From assembly GCA_037442745.1 (NCBI GenBank), contig JBBIPP010000006.1, positions 17,561 to 81,560 of the forward strand: 64,000 bases of DNA, given 5' to 3'. Positions within the stretch are counted from its first letter, which is position 1, and every line of letters begins with the position of its first letter. The notes beneath the pieces were generated by a model that saw only the letters and a list, made by a program, of their open reading frames with translations, was not told where the DNA came from and did no database searches. Of this stretch, positions 18,277 through 27,853 are shown in pieces. The position numbers were made by a program, and so were the translations under genes. Source of the stretch: an archaeon. GTDB lineage: Archaea > SpSt-1190 > DYHY01.

Positions 18277-18549
18277 ATGTCCGAACAAAGCGCGCCTGCA
18301 AAGGTCCTCGAGGTTCTCGGGCGGACCGGAGTCAGGGGCGAGATAATACAGGTTAGGTGCGAAGTCCTCGACGGCAAAGACGCTGGAAAAATCCTTGTCA
18401 GAAACGTCAAGGGAGCGGTAAAGGTCGGAGACACCCTCCACCTCCTTGAAACAGTAATGCAGGCCAGGCGGTCTGAGAAAGGCGGAAAGAAGAAAGGGCC
18501 TCTCGGAGCCGGCGGAAGGGGCGGAGAAGAAAGGGGAGGAAGAAGGTAG
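18277..18549 (+). CDS. rps28e: 30S ribosomal protein S28e
   Basis: [14 protein letters not shown]...[11 protein letters not shown]. Confidence 0.96.
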   Translation: MSEQSAPAKVLEVLGRTGVRGEIIQVRCEVLDGKDAGKILVRNVKGAVKVGDTLHLLETVMQARRSEKGGKKKGPLGAGGRGGEERGGRR

Positions 18550-18551
18550 GA

Positions 18552-18773
18552 ATGGTTCTTTTGACGAAATGCTCCTTTTGCGGAGAGGTTGTCAGGAAAG
18601 GGACTGGGAAGCTCTATGTAAAGAGCGATGGCTCAGTCTACCTCTTCTGCTCCGGAAAATGCGAATCTAACATGATAAAGCTCGGGCGAGACCCGGCGAA
18701 AATCCTCTGGACTGAAGGGCACAGGGAAAAGAAGCGGGAAAAGAAGGCGCACAAGGACAAAAAGCAGGGCTAG
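18552..18773 (+). CDS. rpl24e: 50S ribosomal protein L24e
   Basis: CSFCG...[11 protein letters not shown]...FCSGKC...PAKILWT. Confidence 0.96.
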   Translation: MVLLTKCSFCGEVVRKGTGKLYVKSDGSVYLFCSGKCESNMIKLGRDPAKILWTEGHREKKREKKAHKDKKQG

Positions 18774-18788
18774 GTTTTCCACAGATCC

Positions 18789-19649
18789 TTATTTCTTTTT
18801 TCTCGTTTTGAACAATCCCTCTATTTCCTCTCGGATGGCTCTTGCCGCAAGGGCGTTCCTGTTTATCAGAACAGTCACCTGCATTTTCCCGTTCGCAATC
18901 TCGCTGAAATTGCGTATCAGGTTAGGGGAGAAGATTGTCTTGGTTTTCGCATAAGTCTCGGAGAGGAGAGAGCGCATCTCCGGGGGATTGAATATCTGTA
19001 TTAGGGAGTCGCCTATTGCTATTATTTCGGGGCTCTCTGAGACCTCGGCCCCGAGAATCGTCTGTATCCCAATTGAATTGTAGAACTTTGATACAATAGA
19101 GTCGAGGGAAGTCTCCCCCTTGCACGCAATTTTGACCTCTATTTTTCCGGAAAGCCCCCTAACAATTGCGAAATCCTTCGGCATTAGGACGAAAGGGTTC
19201 CACATGTGTTGCACTTTTGCGACAATCCGGATCTTTTCAGAGTTCAGGGGGGTGAACTTTCCCTCCGAGAAATTCTCAAGAAGGAACCTTATTGCCTCGT
19301 ATCCAGACTGGAAATTGTGCTGAGTAGTGTCGCTATCTAAGGGAATTTTCTGGGAGCCCTCGCTATATGCGTCAGTCACGTCCCTTGAAAACCTCCCTAT
19401 TCTGTTCAGCCAGTCGAGGTTTATTGAATAGTCAAGCCCGCTCTTCTCGAGAATCCCCTCATCAACCATCTGGATTACTGCCTTGTGCGCAGCCTGATAT
19501 GTTATGTCTGAGCCCTTCTCCTTCGTCAGGCGGTTGTATATTTTCCTGCACGAGAGGGGCCACTCCTTTGAGAGAATTCCCACTATCTGGCTTTTGGTCG
19601 ACTTTCCTCCGGGAAGGGAGGCAACCCCGACTTCTGACGCAGTTTGCAT
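18789..19649 (-). CDS. Hypothetical protein with N-terminal winged-HTH (putative regulator)
   Basis: EWPLSCRKIY...TYQAAHKAVIQMVDEGIL wHTH-like pattern. Confidence 0.6.
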   Translation of the reverse strand: MQTASEVGVASLPGGKSTKSQIVGILSKEWPLSCRKIYNRLTKEKGSDITYQAAHKAVIQMVDEGILEKSGLDYSINLDWLNRIGRFSRDVTDAYSEGSQKIPLDSDTTQHNFQSGYEAIRFLLENFSEGKFTPLNSEKIRIVAKVQHMWNPFVLMPKDFAIVRGLSGKIEVKIACKGETSLDSIVSKFYNSIGIQTILGAEVSESPEIIAIGDSLIQIFNPPEMRSLLSETYAKTKTIFSPNLIRNFSEIANGKMQVTVLINRNALAARAIREEIEGLFKTRKKK

Positions 19650-19685
19650 TGTTCCGCTCCGGGATAGCTGTCCTTTAATATGTTT

Positions 19686-21017
19686 TCAGTGGGGGCGAGG
19701 AGAAGGCGAGGGAGAGCTCCATTCGCCCGACTGCCTATTCGCGCGGTCAGCCCCGTTTTTCATATAATTCTTTGAGAGGAAATTGGCAATCCCTATCAGG
19801 AACTGCCCACGGCCAATTATTGTGTCCTCAATGTGATTGCAATAGACTCTTGAGAGCTCTTCAAGAACTCCCGGCTCCTTGTATTTCGGGGGCATTCCGG
19901 AAGTTATTGCCGGATTTCCCCGGGCCCTAAGCAAATGGTCTTCCCTGAATGCGGATTTCATTTTGGAAAGCCCTTCTGGGAGAGAATTGAAATCCTCTTT
20001 TGAGATGCCGGAAATATCGGTCGCGTATATTCCCACCATTCCGTCTATGTGCGCGTCAGGGGTTGCGACAACTGCCGGGAGATATCCTCCCTTTCTGGCT
20101 CGCTTTTCGTATTCGGCAAGCTCATTGTGCCTTATTATTCCAACGCCCCGCGCAGTCTCGGGAATTGCCCCGTATTTTTCCCCGGTCTCCCAAACAAACG
20201 TGAGGAAAAGCGCCTCCTCTCCGTTGCCAGCAGTCTCCCTTGCGTCCGCGCCCCAGCCGAATTTCTTTCCGGCGCCAGTGTATATTGTCCCCGGATGGGG
20301 GACAACTGTGACAATGCTCTCCTTTCCCGCAAAATAGTCGAGCAGGGGGTCGAGTTTCGACTTTCTCATGCGGTCAACATAATCGAAATGCACTGCAAGG
20401 ACAGCTTCCCTCTCCCCCGGAGTTCCCTTCGCGCCCTCGAACTCCGAGACAAGTGAATCGAATTCCTTGTCCCTGAAAAATCCAGAATAGTCTGAATAGT
20501 CGGAGCCTATTATCACCACATGTATCCCGTTTTGGACTTCGGCTTCAACTCCAGGTATTACTATTGGCTTTCCGGGAGAGCCTTCATACCCGAGCTTCTT
20601 TGCCTCTTCCACAGCATACCACCCGAGGCCTGTTCCGAAAGGCCTTCCGTCAAGGTCTTCTGAAAATGAGAGGGATTTTCTGGATGCGTGGTCTGAAACA
20701 ACTATTGCGTCAAGGCCCTCCTTCTCTGCGGCCGAGAGCATTTCCGGAAGAGTTGAGAGCCCGTCGCTCCCGTGGACATATTCGCCAGTCTGCTTTGTGT
20801 GGGTGTGGAGGGCGATTCGAAATCCCCTTCGCTCGTCCGGAAGGGTTTCCCCTAGAACATATTCCTTGAATGCCTCCCTGTCACTCAGCTCGCTATTGTG
20901 GAATTCGGAATATTCCATAAACTCAGGGAGGGAGAAGAACCTGCCGGTCCGCACAATATCCACTGCGGTCGCAAGGCTTGATAAAAGACCTTTTCTTCTC
21001 TTGGAATTTTTTACCAT
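19686..21017 (-). CDS. PHP-domain metal-dependent phosphoesterase-like protein
   Basis: LHTHT, SDG, SDH, GVE...H, PHP, DAH motifs. Confidence 0.8.
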   Translation of the reverse strand: MVKNSKRRKGLLSSLATAVDIVRTGRFFSLPEFMEYSEFHNSELSDREAFKEYVLGETLPDERRGFRIALHTHTKQTGEYVHGSDGLSTLPEMLSAAEKEGLDAIVVSDHASRKSLSFSEDLDGRPFGTGLGWYAVEEAKKLGYEGSPGKPIVIPGVEAEVQNGIHVVIIGSDYSDYSGFFRDKEFDSLVSEFEGAKGTPGEREAVLAVHFDYVDRMRKSKLDPLLDYFAGKESIVTVVPHPGTIYTGAGKKFGWGADARETAGNGEEALFLTFVWETGEKYGAIPETARGVGIIRHNELAEYEKRARKGGYLPAVVATPDAHIDGMVGIYATDISGISKEDFNSLPEGLSKMKSAFREDHLLRARGNPAITSGMPPKYKEPGVLEELSRVYCNHIEDTIIGRGQFLIGIANFLSKNYMKNGADRANRQSGEWSSPSPSPRPH

Positions 21018-21125
21018 ATTCCCGAGATGGTTTTTTGGCGGTAAATATCTTCTTGGTTTAGGGAAAAATCAACCCCCTGGTTGATATTGGTTGTATTGTT
21101 TGGCAACACACGGAGAAACTGGCCT

Positions 21126-21554
21126 CTATTTGTCCAGAGAGGCTATTATTGCTCTTGAGCTGAACTGCCCGAACCTGCGCCTGAGCCTTGCGATTTTGAC
21201 AGGCTTTTTCATTGAAATTTTTGATAGTGTTTTTCGGATTTCCGCGATTTTCGGCTGGTCGGGCCCGAGGAAAATAATGTCAGGCTCTATTTTGGCAATC
21301 CCTTCGATAATCCCCTTTTTTCCGCCGAGTACCGCCCGCTTAACAATCCGAAGGGATCTGACCTGGGCGAGCCGAAGGCGTTCCGGAACAACCCCCTCAC
21401 CGCCCCGGGCACGTTTGGCGTTCCCGTCCCTTGACACAACAACGTTTACATCGCCCAATTCTGCAGCTTTTTTCAGAAAATGGATATGGCCAGGATGGAT
21501 GTATTGAAAAGTTCCTCCCACAAGGACGATCTTCCTCCTCTTTCTCACGGGCAT
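21126..21554 (-). CDS. Cytidylyltransferase-family protein (FAD synthase RibL-like)
   Basis: GGTFQYIHPGH (HxGH), VVVSRD, PDIIFLGPDQ, SSRAI. Confidence 0.8.
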   Translation of the reverse strand: MPVRKRRKIVLVGGTFQYIHPGHIHFLKKAAELGDVNVVVSRDGNAKRARGGEGVVPERLRLAQVRSLRIVKRAVLGGKKGIIEGIAKIEPDIIFLGPDQPKIAEIRKTLSKISMKKPVKIARLRRRFGQFSSRAIIASLDK

Positions 21555-21612
21555 TGCAGGGAATTCCCCGGTTTGGCTATTATTAAAAAGAGCGTTTCCG
21601 GATATGTGTAAA

Positions 21613-23409
21613 ATGGCTGAAGGAGGATGGCTTGATTCGCGCCGGAAGATTCGCTCGCCAATAGTCACTTTTCTCGGCCACGTTGACCACGGAAAAACCT
21701 CTCTCCTCGATGCAATAAGGAATTCCTCAGTCCTGACAAGGGAGGTGGGGGGGATAACTCAGATGATTGGGGCCTCTGAAATTCCAGCCAGCTATATTAA
21801 CGAGAAATGCGGGGAAATTCTCGCGCTCCTAAAGACCGAGATAACAATTCCGGGAATCCTGGTCCTTGACACTCCCGGCCACAAGGCTTTCCTCAACCTC
21901 AGGAAAAGGGGCGGGGAACTGGCGGATATTGCGGTCCTTGTGGTTGATGTCAAGGAAGGCTTCCAGCCCCAGACAGTCGAATCCTTGAAAATATTAAAGC
22001 ACAACAAGACGCCTTTAATTGTAGCCGCGACAAAAACAGATCTCCTGTTCGGTTGGCAGTCGGAGCCGGGCTCATTCATCGGGAACGTGAGAAAGCGCTC
22101 AAAGGACGCCATCTTAAAGCTTGACGAAAAGATCTATAATATTGTCGGGGAAATTGGAAAGGAGGGCCTAGATTCCGAAAGATATGACAGGGTCTCTGAT
22201 TTCACGAAAACAATTGCAATAGTTCCTGTTAGCGCAAAGACCGGGGAAGGGATACCCGACCTCCTTGCTCTCGTTGCCGGCCTCTCCCAGAAATTCCTCT
22301 CAAAAAGCCTTGAAATAAACCCTTCCCTTCCGGCAAAGGGAACCGTTCTTGAGGTAAAGCAGGACAAGGGAATGTGTACGGGCCTTGACGCAGTTATTTA
22401 CGACGGCAACCTGAATGTCGGGGACACTGTATTGGTCGGCGGAATGGAAGGGGTTGTGGAAATAAAGGTCAGGGCGCTCCTGAAGCCAAAGCCCCTAGAT
22501 GAGATAAGGGACCCGAAAGAGAGTTTTGAGAATGTGAAAAAAATCGTTGCCGCCTCCGCAGTGAAAATCGTTGCCTCGGGTTGCGACAATGTTATGGCAG
22601 GAAGCCTAATTTTGGGCGGGGAAGGGGCAAAGGACGAAATACAAAAGCAATTGGAGCAGATCAACATCAAGACTGAAAAGCTCGGAGTTGTAATAAAGGC
22701 TGATTCAATAGGCTCCCTTGAGGCAATGGGCGCACTTCTCTCAGAAAGCAAAATTAAGGTCAAGAGCTACGGGATTGGGAACATTTCCCGTAAGGACGTT
22801 GTCGAGGCTGAGGAGCTCGGGAAAACTGACGAATTCTCTGGAGTAATTCTCGGATTCCTCGTTACTGCCAATCCGGAAGCAGAGGAGCTCGCAAAGGAGA
22901 GAAAAGTCCCGATAATATTGAGCGATGTTGTCTACAAGATTGCCGAAGGCTACCGGGAGTTCGTCAGGGAGAAGACTGAGGAGAAAAAGAAAAAGGAGCT
23001 TGGAGGAATTCCAAGGGGGGCCCGGTTCTCCGTTCTTCCCGGATACATTTTCCGCCAGTCAAAGCCTGCGGTCGTGGGGGTCGAGATACAGGCAGGCATA
23101 TTGAAGAAGGGTTTCAAATTGACAAAGGAGGACGGCTCGAACCTTGGAATCCTCTCGGACATCCAGGTTGACGGGAAATCCGTCGAATCTGCGGAAAAGG
23201 GGAAGAGGTGCGCAGTCTCAATTGAGGGCGCGGTAATAGGAAGAAGCCTCTTTGAGCAAGACGTCTGCTTTGCGACAATCCCTGAGGAAGTCTTCAAAAA
23301 GCTCCTTGAGAACAAAAAGATGCTTTCAGCGGACGAATTGGAAGCCCTTGAAGGGTTTGCCTCAATTATGCGGAAATCAACCCCTTCCTGGGGAATGAAA
23401 TGGGGTTGA
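21613..23409 (+). CDS. infB: Translation initiation factor aIF5B (IF-2)
   Basis: RSPIVTFLGHVDHGKTSLLD, GGITQMIGA, DTPGH, FRQSKPAVVGV. Confidence 0.97.
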   Translation: MAEGGWLDSRRKIRSPIVTFLGHVDHGKTSLLDAIRNSSVLTREVGGITQMIGASEIPASYINEKCGEILALLKTEITIPGILVLDTPGHKAFLNLRKRGGELADIAVLVVDVKEGFQPQTVESLKILKHNKTPLIVAATKTDLLFGWQSEPGSFIGNVRKRSKDAILKLDEKIYNIVGEIGKEGLDSERYDRVSDFTKTIAIVPVSAKTGEGIPDLLALVAGLSQKFLSKSLEINPSLPAKGTVLEVKQDKGMCTGLDAVIYDGNLNVGDTVLVGGMEGVVEIKVRALLKPKPLDEIRDPKESFENVKKIVAASAVKIVASGCDNVMAGSLILGGEGAKDEIQKQLEQINIKTEKLGVVIKADSIGSLEAMGALLSESKIKVKSYGIGNISRKDVVEAEELGKTDEFSGVILGFLVTANPEAEELAKERKVPIILSDVVYKIAEGYREFVREKTEEKKKKELGGIPRGARFSVLPGYIFRQSKPAVVGVEIQAGILKKGFKLTKEDGSNLGILSDIQVDGKSVESAEKGKRCAVSIEGAVIGRSLFEQDVCFATIPEEVFKKLLENKKMLSADELEALEGFASIMRKSTPSWGMKWG

Positions 23410-23531
23410 GCGGAAAGTCCTTAGCGGAGAGCTTTGTTTCTGAGGGCTGAGCGAATCGGAACGGCCGAACTAACTTAATAACCATTTGATAGTGGCAAAC
23501 ATTTATAAATAGTTCTTGACTTGTTTCCCAA

Positions 23532-24308
23532 ATGTCCCAAAACAACTCAATCAGTACTGGGCTTGAGAGGGAATTCGAAATCCTGGAAAATATTGAAAAA
23601 GTACTTGTTGCCAGAGGCATCTATTGTTATCGCGCATCCCGGGCACTTTCCGAGAGTTTCCGCATTATTCCGACGGAAACCTCCCCTATTTTTGTTGGAA
23701 AGGAAACTGCAGTCAAGCAGGCTGGAAAACCCTTCTATAATGAACGCGAGCTAAATAGCAAAACCGAGCTCATTTACCTCCTTCTCTCTGACGAGCCCAA
23801 ATCCGCATATTTTGACCTTACTGCAAAGAAAGGGGCTTTTCTCTCGGACGAAGAAGAGCTCCTTCTCTCATTCGCAGACAGCGAAACTTTCAGGAAGTAT
23901 GTTAACACGCCAGACCTGAGAGTTGCCGCATTCAATTCGGCTCTTGTAAGCAAGGGGCTTTTGGAAAGAATGCCCGAGGTCGTGAAGAAGAGAGCGTATG
24001 AAAAGCTTGCCCAGTTGCCGGAGGGCTTTTCTTTTGAGAAGTCCAACCGAGGATACCGAGTTGTTCTTCCGAAAACCGATTCTGAAAAAAAAGGGGGGGA
24101 ATCGCGGGGCAAATTCTGGAAATATTTCAAGGAGAATTACCTTTCGGAAATTGCTTCAGACCTTGAAATAATGTCGCTCGCAAACGTCGGGGAGGCAAAG
24201 GCAAGGAAATATCTGGAAGAAAAGGCAAAGGAAGTTTCATGGAGCTTCCAGCAAGCCCATCCAATCTACCTGAAGAGGGGAGAAGGCTGCCACATAACGC
24301 GCAAGTAA
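23532..24308 (+). CDS. Hypothetical protein
   Basis: 258-aa ORF with TTTATAAA ~30 nt upstream. Confidence 0.65.
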   Translation: MSQNNSISTGLEREFEILENIEKVLVARGIYCYRASRALSESFRIIPTETSPIFVGKETAVKQAGKPFYNERELNSKTELIYLLLSDEPKSAYFDLTAKKGAFLSDEEELLLSFADSETFRKYVNTPDLRVAAFNSALVSKGLLERMPEVVKKRAYEKLAQLPEGFSFEKSNRGYRVVLPKTDSEKKGGESRGKFWKYFKENYLSEIASDLEIMSLANVGEAKARKYLEEKAKEVSWSFQQAHPIYLKRGEGCHITRK

Positions 24309-24381
24309 GCTTTGCCAGCGTCGCAAAAAAGAGCAGCAATTAAAAACCCAAGTATATATTTTGTACCAATGAATTCTGGAA

Positions 24382-24873
24382 ATTGCTGAAATATCGGGAA
24401 AATTGGCAAACGCGTGCTTGAAACAAATGAAGGCGGAATTCGATTCTGCGTACATCCATCTTGGGATGTCCGGATTTTTTGAGGAGAGGAGCCTCTCATA
24501 AATGGCTAAATTGATGCTCGCGCAGTTCAAGGAGGAGACCGAGCATAGCCTCAAGTTCTTCGGACATTCCTATGAGCGTGGATGGAAAATTGAGCTTTTG
24601 GAGGTGTCGGCGACTAAAAGGGCTTCCTAGAAAAGGCCTATCTAGGTCTTCGAGTCTGCATATGCCAATGAAAAGGCGGTGACTTGGATTATATACTATT
24701 ATTACTCTCGCAAGAAAGGAAGGCGATTGAGCTTTTGAAAGCCTCCTAACTTGGTTCGTAAAGGAGCAGATTGAGGAGGAGGCGCAGGTGGCGGAAATTG
24801 CCGCATGCCTGAAGCTCGGATGGAGGACGCCCTTCTGATTGTCAATAAAGAGCTCGGGAAAAGGCCGCTGAGT
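24382..24873 (+). pseudogene. Ferritin (FtnA-type) pseudogene
   Basis: Manual translation QMKAEFDSAYIHLGM...QFKEETEHSLKFF...YERG...AYANEKAVT...LTWFVKEQIEEEAQ...NKELGKR, with 4 in-frame stops and 2 frameshifts. Confidence 0.85.
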
Positions 24874-24928
24874 GAAGGGAAAAAACTCCGTCGGAAAGGA
24901 TTAAAAACCCCTCTTTCAGTCCGGTTTC

Positions 24929-25330
24929 ATGGTTGACATAAGGCTCGTAGTTGGCGATCCATCCACCAAGAAAACAAAGCAAAAAGTCCTGACTCCGGCG
25001 GAAGCGCAAAAGCTATCCGGACTTAAAGTCGGCTCCGCCCTAAAAGGCGACTGGGTCGGCCTACCTGGATATGAGCTGATAATTACGGGCGGTTCCGACA
25101 GGGACGGCTTTCCAATGAGGAAAGGGGTTCAGGGGGTTGGAAAACACAAGCCAATTCTCTCCGGAGGCGTCGGCTTCCACCCGAAAAAGGATGGAGAGAG
25201 GCGGAAAATCACTGTTCACTCTGAAAACATTGACGCAATAATTGCGCAAGTCAATGTGAAGGTTGTCAAATCTGGGGAAAAATCCCTAGAAGAGCTAATA
25301 CAATCCGGGTCAAAAGATGAAGGCAAGTAA
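24929..25330 (+). CDS. rps6e: 30S ribosomal protein S6e
   Basis: GYELIITGGSDRDGFPMR, GERRKITV. Confidence 0.96.
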   Translation: MVDIRLVVGDPSTKKTKQKVLTPAEAQKLSGLKVGSALKGDWVGLPGYELIITGGSDRDGFPMRKGVQGVGKHKPILSGGVGFHPKKDGERRKITVHSENIDAIIAQVNVKVVKSGEKSLEELIQSGSKDEGK

Positions 25331-26639
25331 GCCCAATACAGCATCCGGAACTTCCGCCAAAAAATCTGCGGCGGGGAGCAGGCCAAATAAAGACAAGCCT
25401 GAGCTTTCTGAAGAGAGCCAAATTCCTGTAATAAACATCGGGACTAGCGGGCAGATTGACCACGGAAAAACAACTGTAACAAAAGCAATTACAGGCAAAT
25501 GGGCTGACATCCATTCTGAAGAACTGAAGAGGGGGATGACAATTAGGCTCGGATATGCCGACGTCTCCTTCAGGAAATGCCAGAAATGCGACAAGCCCGA
25601 CTGCTATACTGTCGAAGCCGACTGCCCGAAATGTGGGGAGAAGACATCCCTTTTGAGAGTCGCATCCTTCGTCGATGCTCCCGGCCACGAGGCCCTTATG
25701 AGCACAATGCTTGCGGGCGCGGCAATAATGGACGGCGCGCTATTGATAATCTCCGCAAAGGATCCTTGCCCCCAGCCCCAGACAAAGGAGCACGTCTCTG
25801 CCCTGAAAATAATGGGGGTGAAAAACATTCTGGTAATCCAGAACAAAATAGACCTCGTTGACGAAAAACGGGCCGGGGAAAGCGTGAAGGAAATAACGAA
25901 ATTCCTCTCAGAATACGGCTTTGAGAAAGCCCCTATTGTCCCAATATCAGCCCTTCACGGGGCGAACATTGACATTGTCCTTGAGGCAATTGACCGCTTC
26001 CTCCCGACGCCCGTACACGACTCTGAAAAGAAGCCGAAATTCCTTGTTGCAAGGAGCTTTGACATTAACAAGCCCGGGACTGACTACAAAAAACTGAAAG
26101 GAGGGGTTCTCGGTGGCGCGCTCGTCTGCGGAAGCCTCTCTGTCGGGGACGAGATAGAAATCCTTCCTGGCTTCCGCTTTGAAGATGGTGGAAATACGAA
26201 ATGGATTCCCCTGAAAACGAAAATAACGAGCCTCTCTGTCGGAAAGGCAATGGTTGATTCTGCGAAACCGGGAGGAAGCCTCGGGATTGGGACAACTCTC
26301 GACCCTTCGCTAACGAAATCAGACTCCCTTGCAGGAATGGTTGTCGGGCTTGTCGGGAATCTCCCGCCAATAAAGAATTCGCTGAAAATGGACGTATCCC
26401 TACTCTCTCACGTTGTCGGAACAGAGTCCGAAATAGCAGTCGAGCCCCTGAAAATAAACGAGCCACTTCTCCTGAACATAAATTCGGGGATGACTAGCGG
26501 GATTGTCTCCGAGGTCAAAGGAAAAAGGGCGTCAGTTGCGCTAAAAGTCCCTGTCTGCGCGGATGTCGGTGACAGGGTCGCGATATCAAGAAGGGTCGGC
26601 CAGAGATGGAGACTGATTGGCCACGGGATTCTTATCTGA
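25317..26639 (+). CDS. eif2g: Translation initiation factor aIF2 gamma
   Basis: GQIDHGKTT, HSEELKRGMTIRLGY, Zn knuckle, DAPGHE, RSFDINKPG, RWRLIGHG. Confidence 0.97.
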   Translation: MKASKPNTASGTSAKKSAAGSRPNKDKPELSEESQIPVINIGTSGQIDHGKTTVTKAITGKWADIHSEELKRGMTIRLGYADVSFRKCQKCDKPDCYTVEADCPKCGEKTSLLRVASFVDAPGHEALMSTMLAGAAIMDGALLIISAKDPCPQPQTKEHVSALKIMGVKNILVIQNKIDLVDEKRAGESVKEITKFLSEYGFEKAPIVPISALHGANIDIVLEAIDRFLPTPVHDSEKKPKFLVARSFDINKPGTDYKKLKGGVLGGALVCGSLSVGDEIEILPGFRFEDGGNTKWIPLKTKITSLSVGKAMVDSAKPGGSLGIGTTLDPSLTKSDSLAGMVVGLVGNLPPIKNSLKMDVSLLSHVVGTESEIAVEPLKINEPLLLNINSGMTSGIVSEVKGKRASVALKVPVCADVGDRVAISRRVGQRWRLIGHGILI

Positions 26640-27253
26640 GCCGGAAAATTTTTAAGATAATCTTTGCAAAGGGAATACGAAATGACGAGCAGGCTTATTC
26701 TGGCTTTTGACGCAGCATAGGACAAAGAAACAAGTATTTCTCCGGCTATCGCAAAGCTGGGAAAATTTGAAACGGATTGCTATAAATCTCGCGACTGAGT
26801 CTTGGTCTATTCACAAGAGCAAAAGTTTTGCCAAGTGGAAAAGGGGGGTGTCGGAGTTTTCAGCTACCCTGTCTGGAAAGGGAAGAAAGTGGGCGTGCGC
26901 CAGTTGGCAGTCTAGGTTCTGCGGAAATGTCTCCAATTTGCTCAACAGTTCTGGTAGCTGAGGGCGTCCCTCCGTTCGGCGGCGGAATACGGAATTGACA
27001 GCCTCCCTGAAATTTCCCTATTAAACTGTTCTTCCCGGAAGGGACGCGCCACCGGTAAAAGTGGCAATTCCTTAGAAAACGAAAGATTCGGGAGCGTTGC
27101 CACAATTGGGCTTCTACTTGCTCTTGAGGATCTTTCCGAGGGCAGGGGGAATTAACGTCAGATATTATACAAGTTCCGACTGAGTCTATTTTTGCTCCCT
27201 ATTAGTGACCTGCCACTCATACCTTTTTAAATGGAAACCGGAAAATCCGGCCA

Positions 27254-27853
27254 ATGGATAAACCCCCATTAAGAGTCCTTGTATTTGCAAGGGAATTCAA
27301 CCGGGGGGAGGCAGTCTCTGATTTCTGCTATTTTCTTTCGGGAAAAATGCTGGAGATGGGAATTGCAACGGATCTCGTTTGCTATTCCCCGGAATATTCC
27401 GAAGCCTTGTTTCCGGAGAATGGGCTTTCAGTCTTCAAGGTTCCTTTTGCCCTGAACGCCGACACTTTCTTCAACTGGGCCCTTTTGATGAACGCGGAGC
27501 TGAAAAGAAAGGGCAGAGAACTCGCCGAGAAGCGGGAATATTTAATGGTAATCGGGAACGACTGGACCGGCTATCCAGCAGCATCCTCGATTGCGGCCCT
27601 CTTCAACATTCCCCTTGTAACAGTCTTCAGCTCAACTGAACATAACCGGGGTTTCTCCTATGAGAACTCAAGGCCAATCTCCGACATTGAATGGGATGCC
27701 TCTTACTCGTCAAGAAGGGTTGTCGCTCTGAATAACGACTGCAGGAATTCGCTTGTCTATGACCTGAAAGTTCCTCAGGAGAAAATACTGACTGTCAATG
27801 GCCTCTTTGAATATGTCCGGTTGTTAGAGGAGGTGTTAGTCGAAAAGAAATGA
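27254..27853 (+). CDS. Glycosyltransferase GT4 N-terminal-domain-only protein
   Basis: NDW, PLVTVFSSTEHNRG and IEW parallel HDW, TIHSTEHGR and LEW of the downstream GT4; no C-terminal domain. Confidence 0.7.
   Translation: MDKPPLRVLVFAREFNRGEAVSDFCYFLSGKMLEMGIATDLVCYSPEYSEALFPENGLSVFKVPFALNADTFFNWALLMNAELKRKGRELAEKREYLMVIGNDWTGYPAASSIAALFNIPLVTVFSSTEHNRGFSYENSRPISDIEWDASYSSRRVVALNNDCRNSLVYDLKVPQEKILTVNGLFEYVRLLEEVLVEKK

Noticed and set aside
21613-23409. Intein in aIF5B or primase (common archaeal intein hosts)
   Set aside because: Lengths are near normal and no C/S...HN-C/S/T splice junctions or LAGLIDADG motifs were seen.
24382-24873. Stop-codon reassignment explaining in-frame stops in ferritin and other relics
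   Set aside because: All three stop types occur together with frameshifts, and conserved genes terminate normally at TAA, TAG and TGA.
26683-27210. Relic beginning MTSRLILAFD (PyrF- or polysaccharide-deacetylase-like start)
   Set aside because: Only the first motif is suggestive; downstream catalytic motifs could not be recovered, so no family is assigned.
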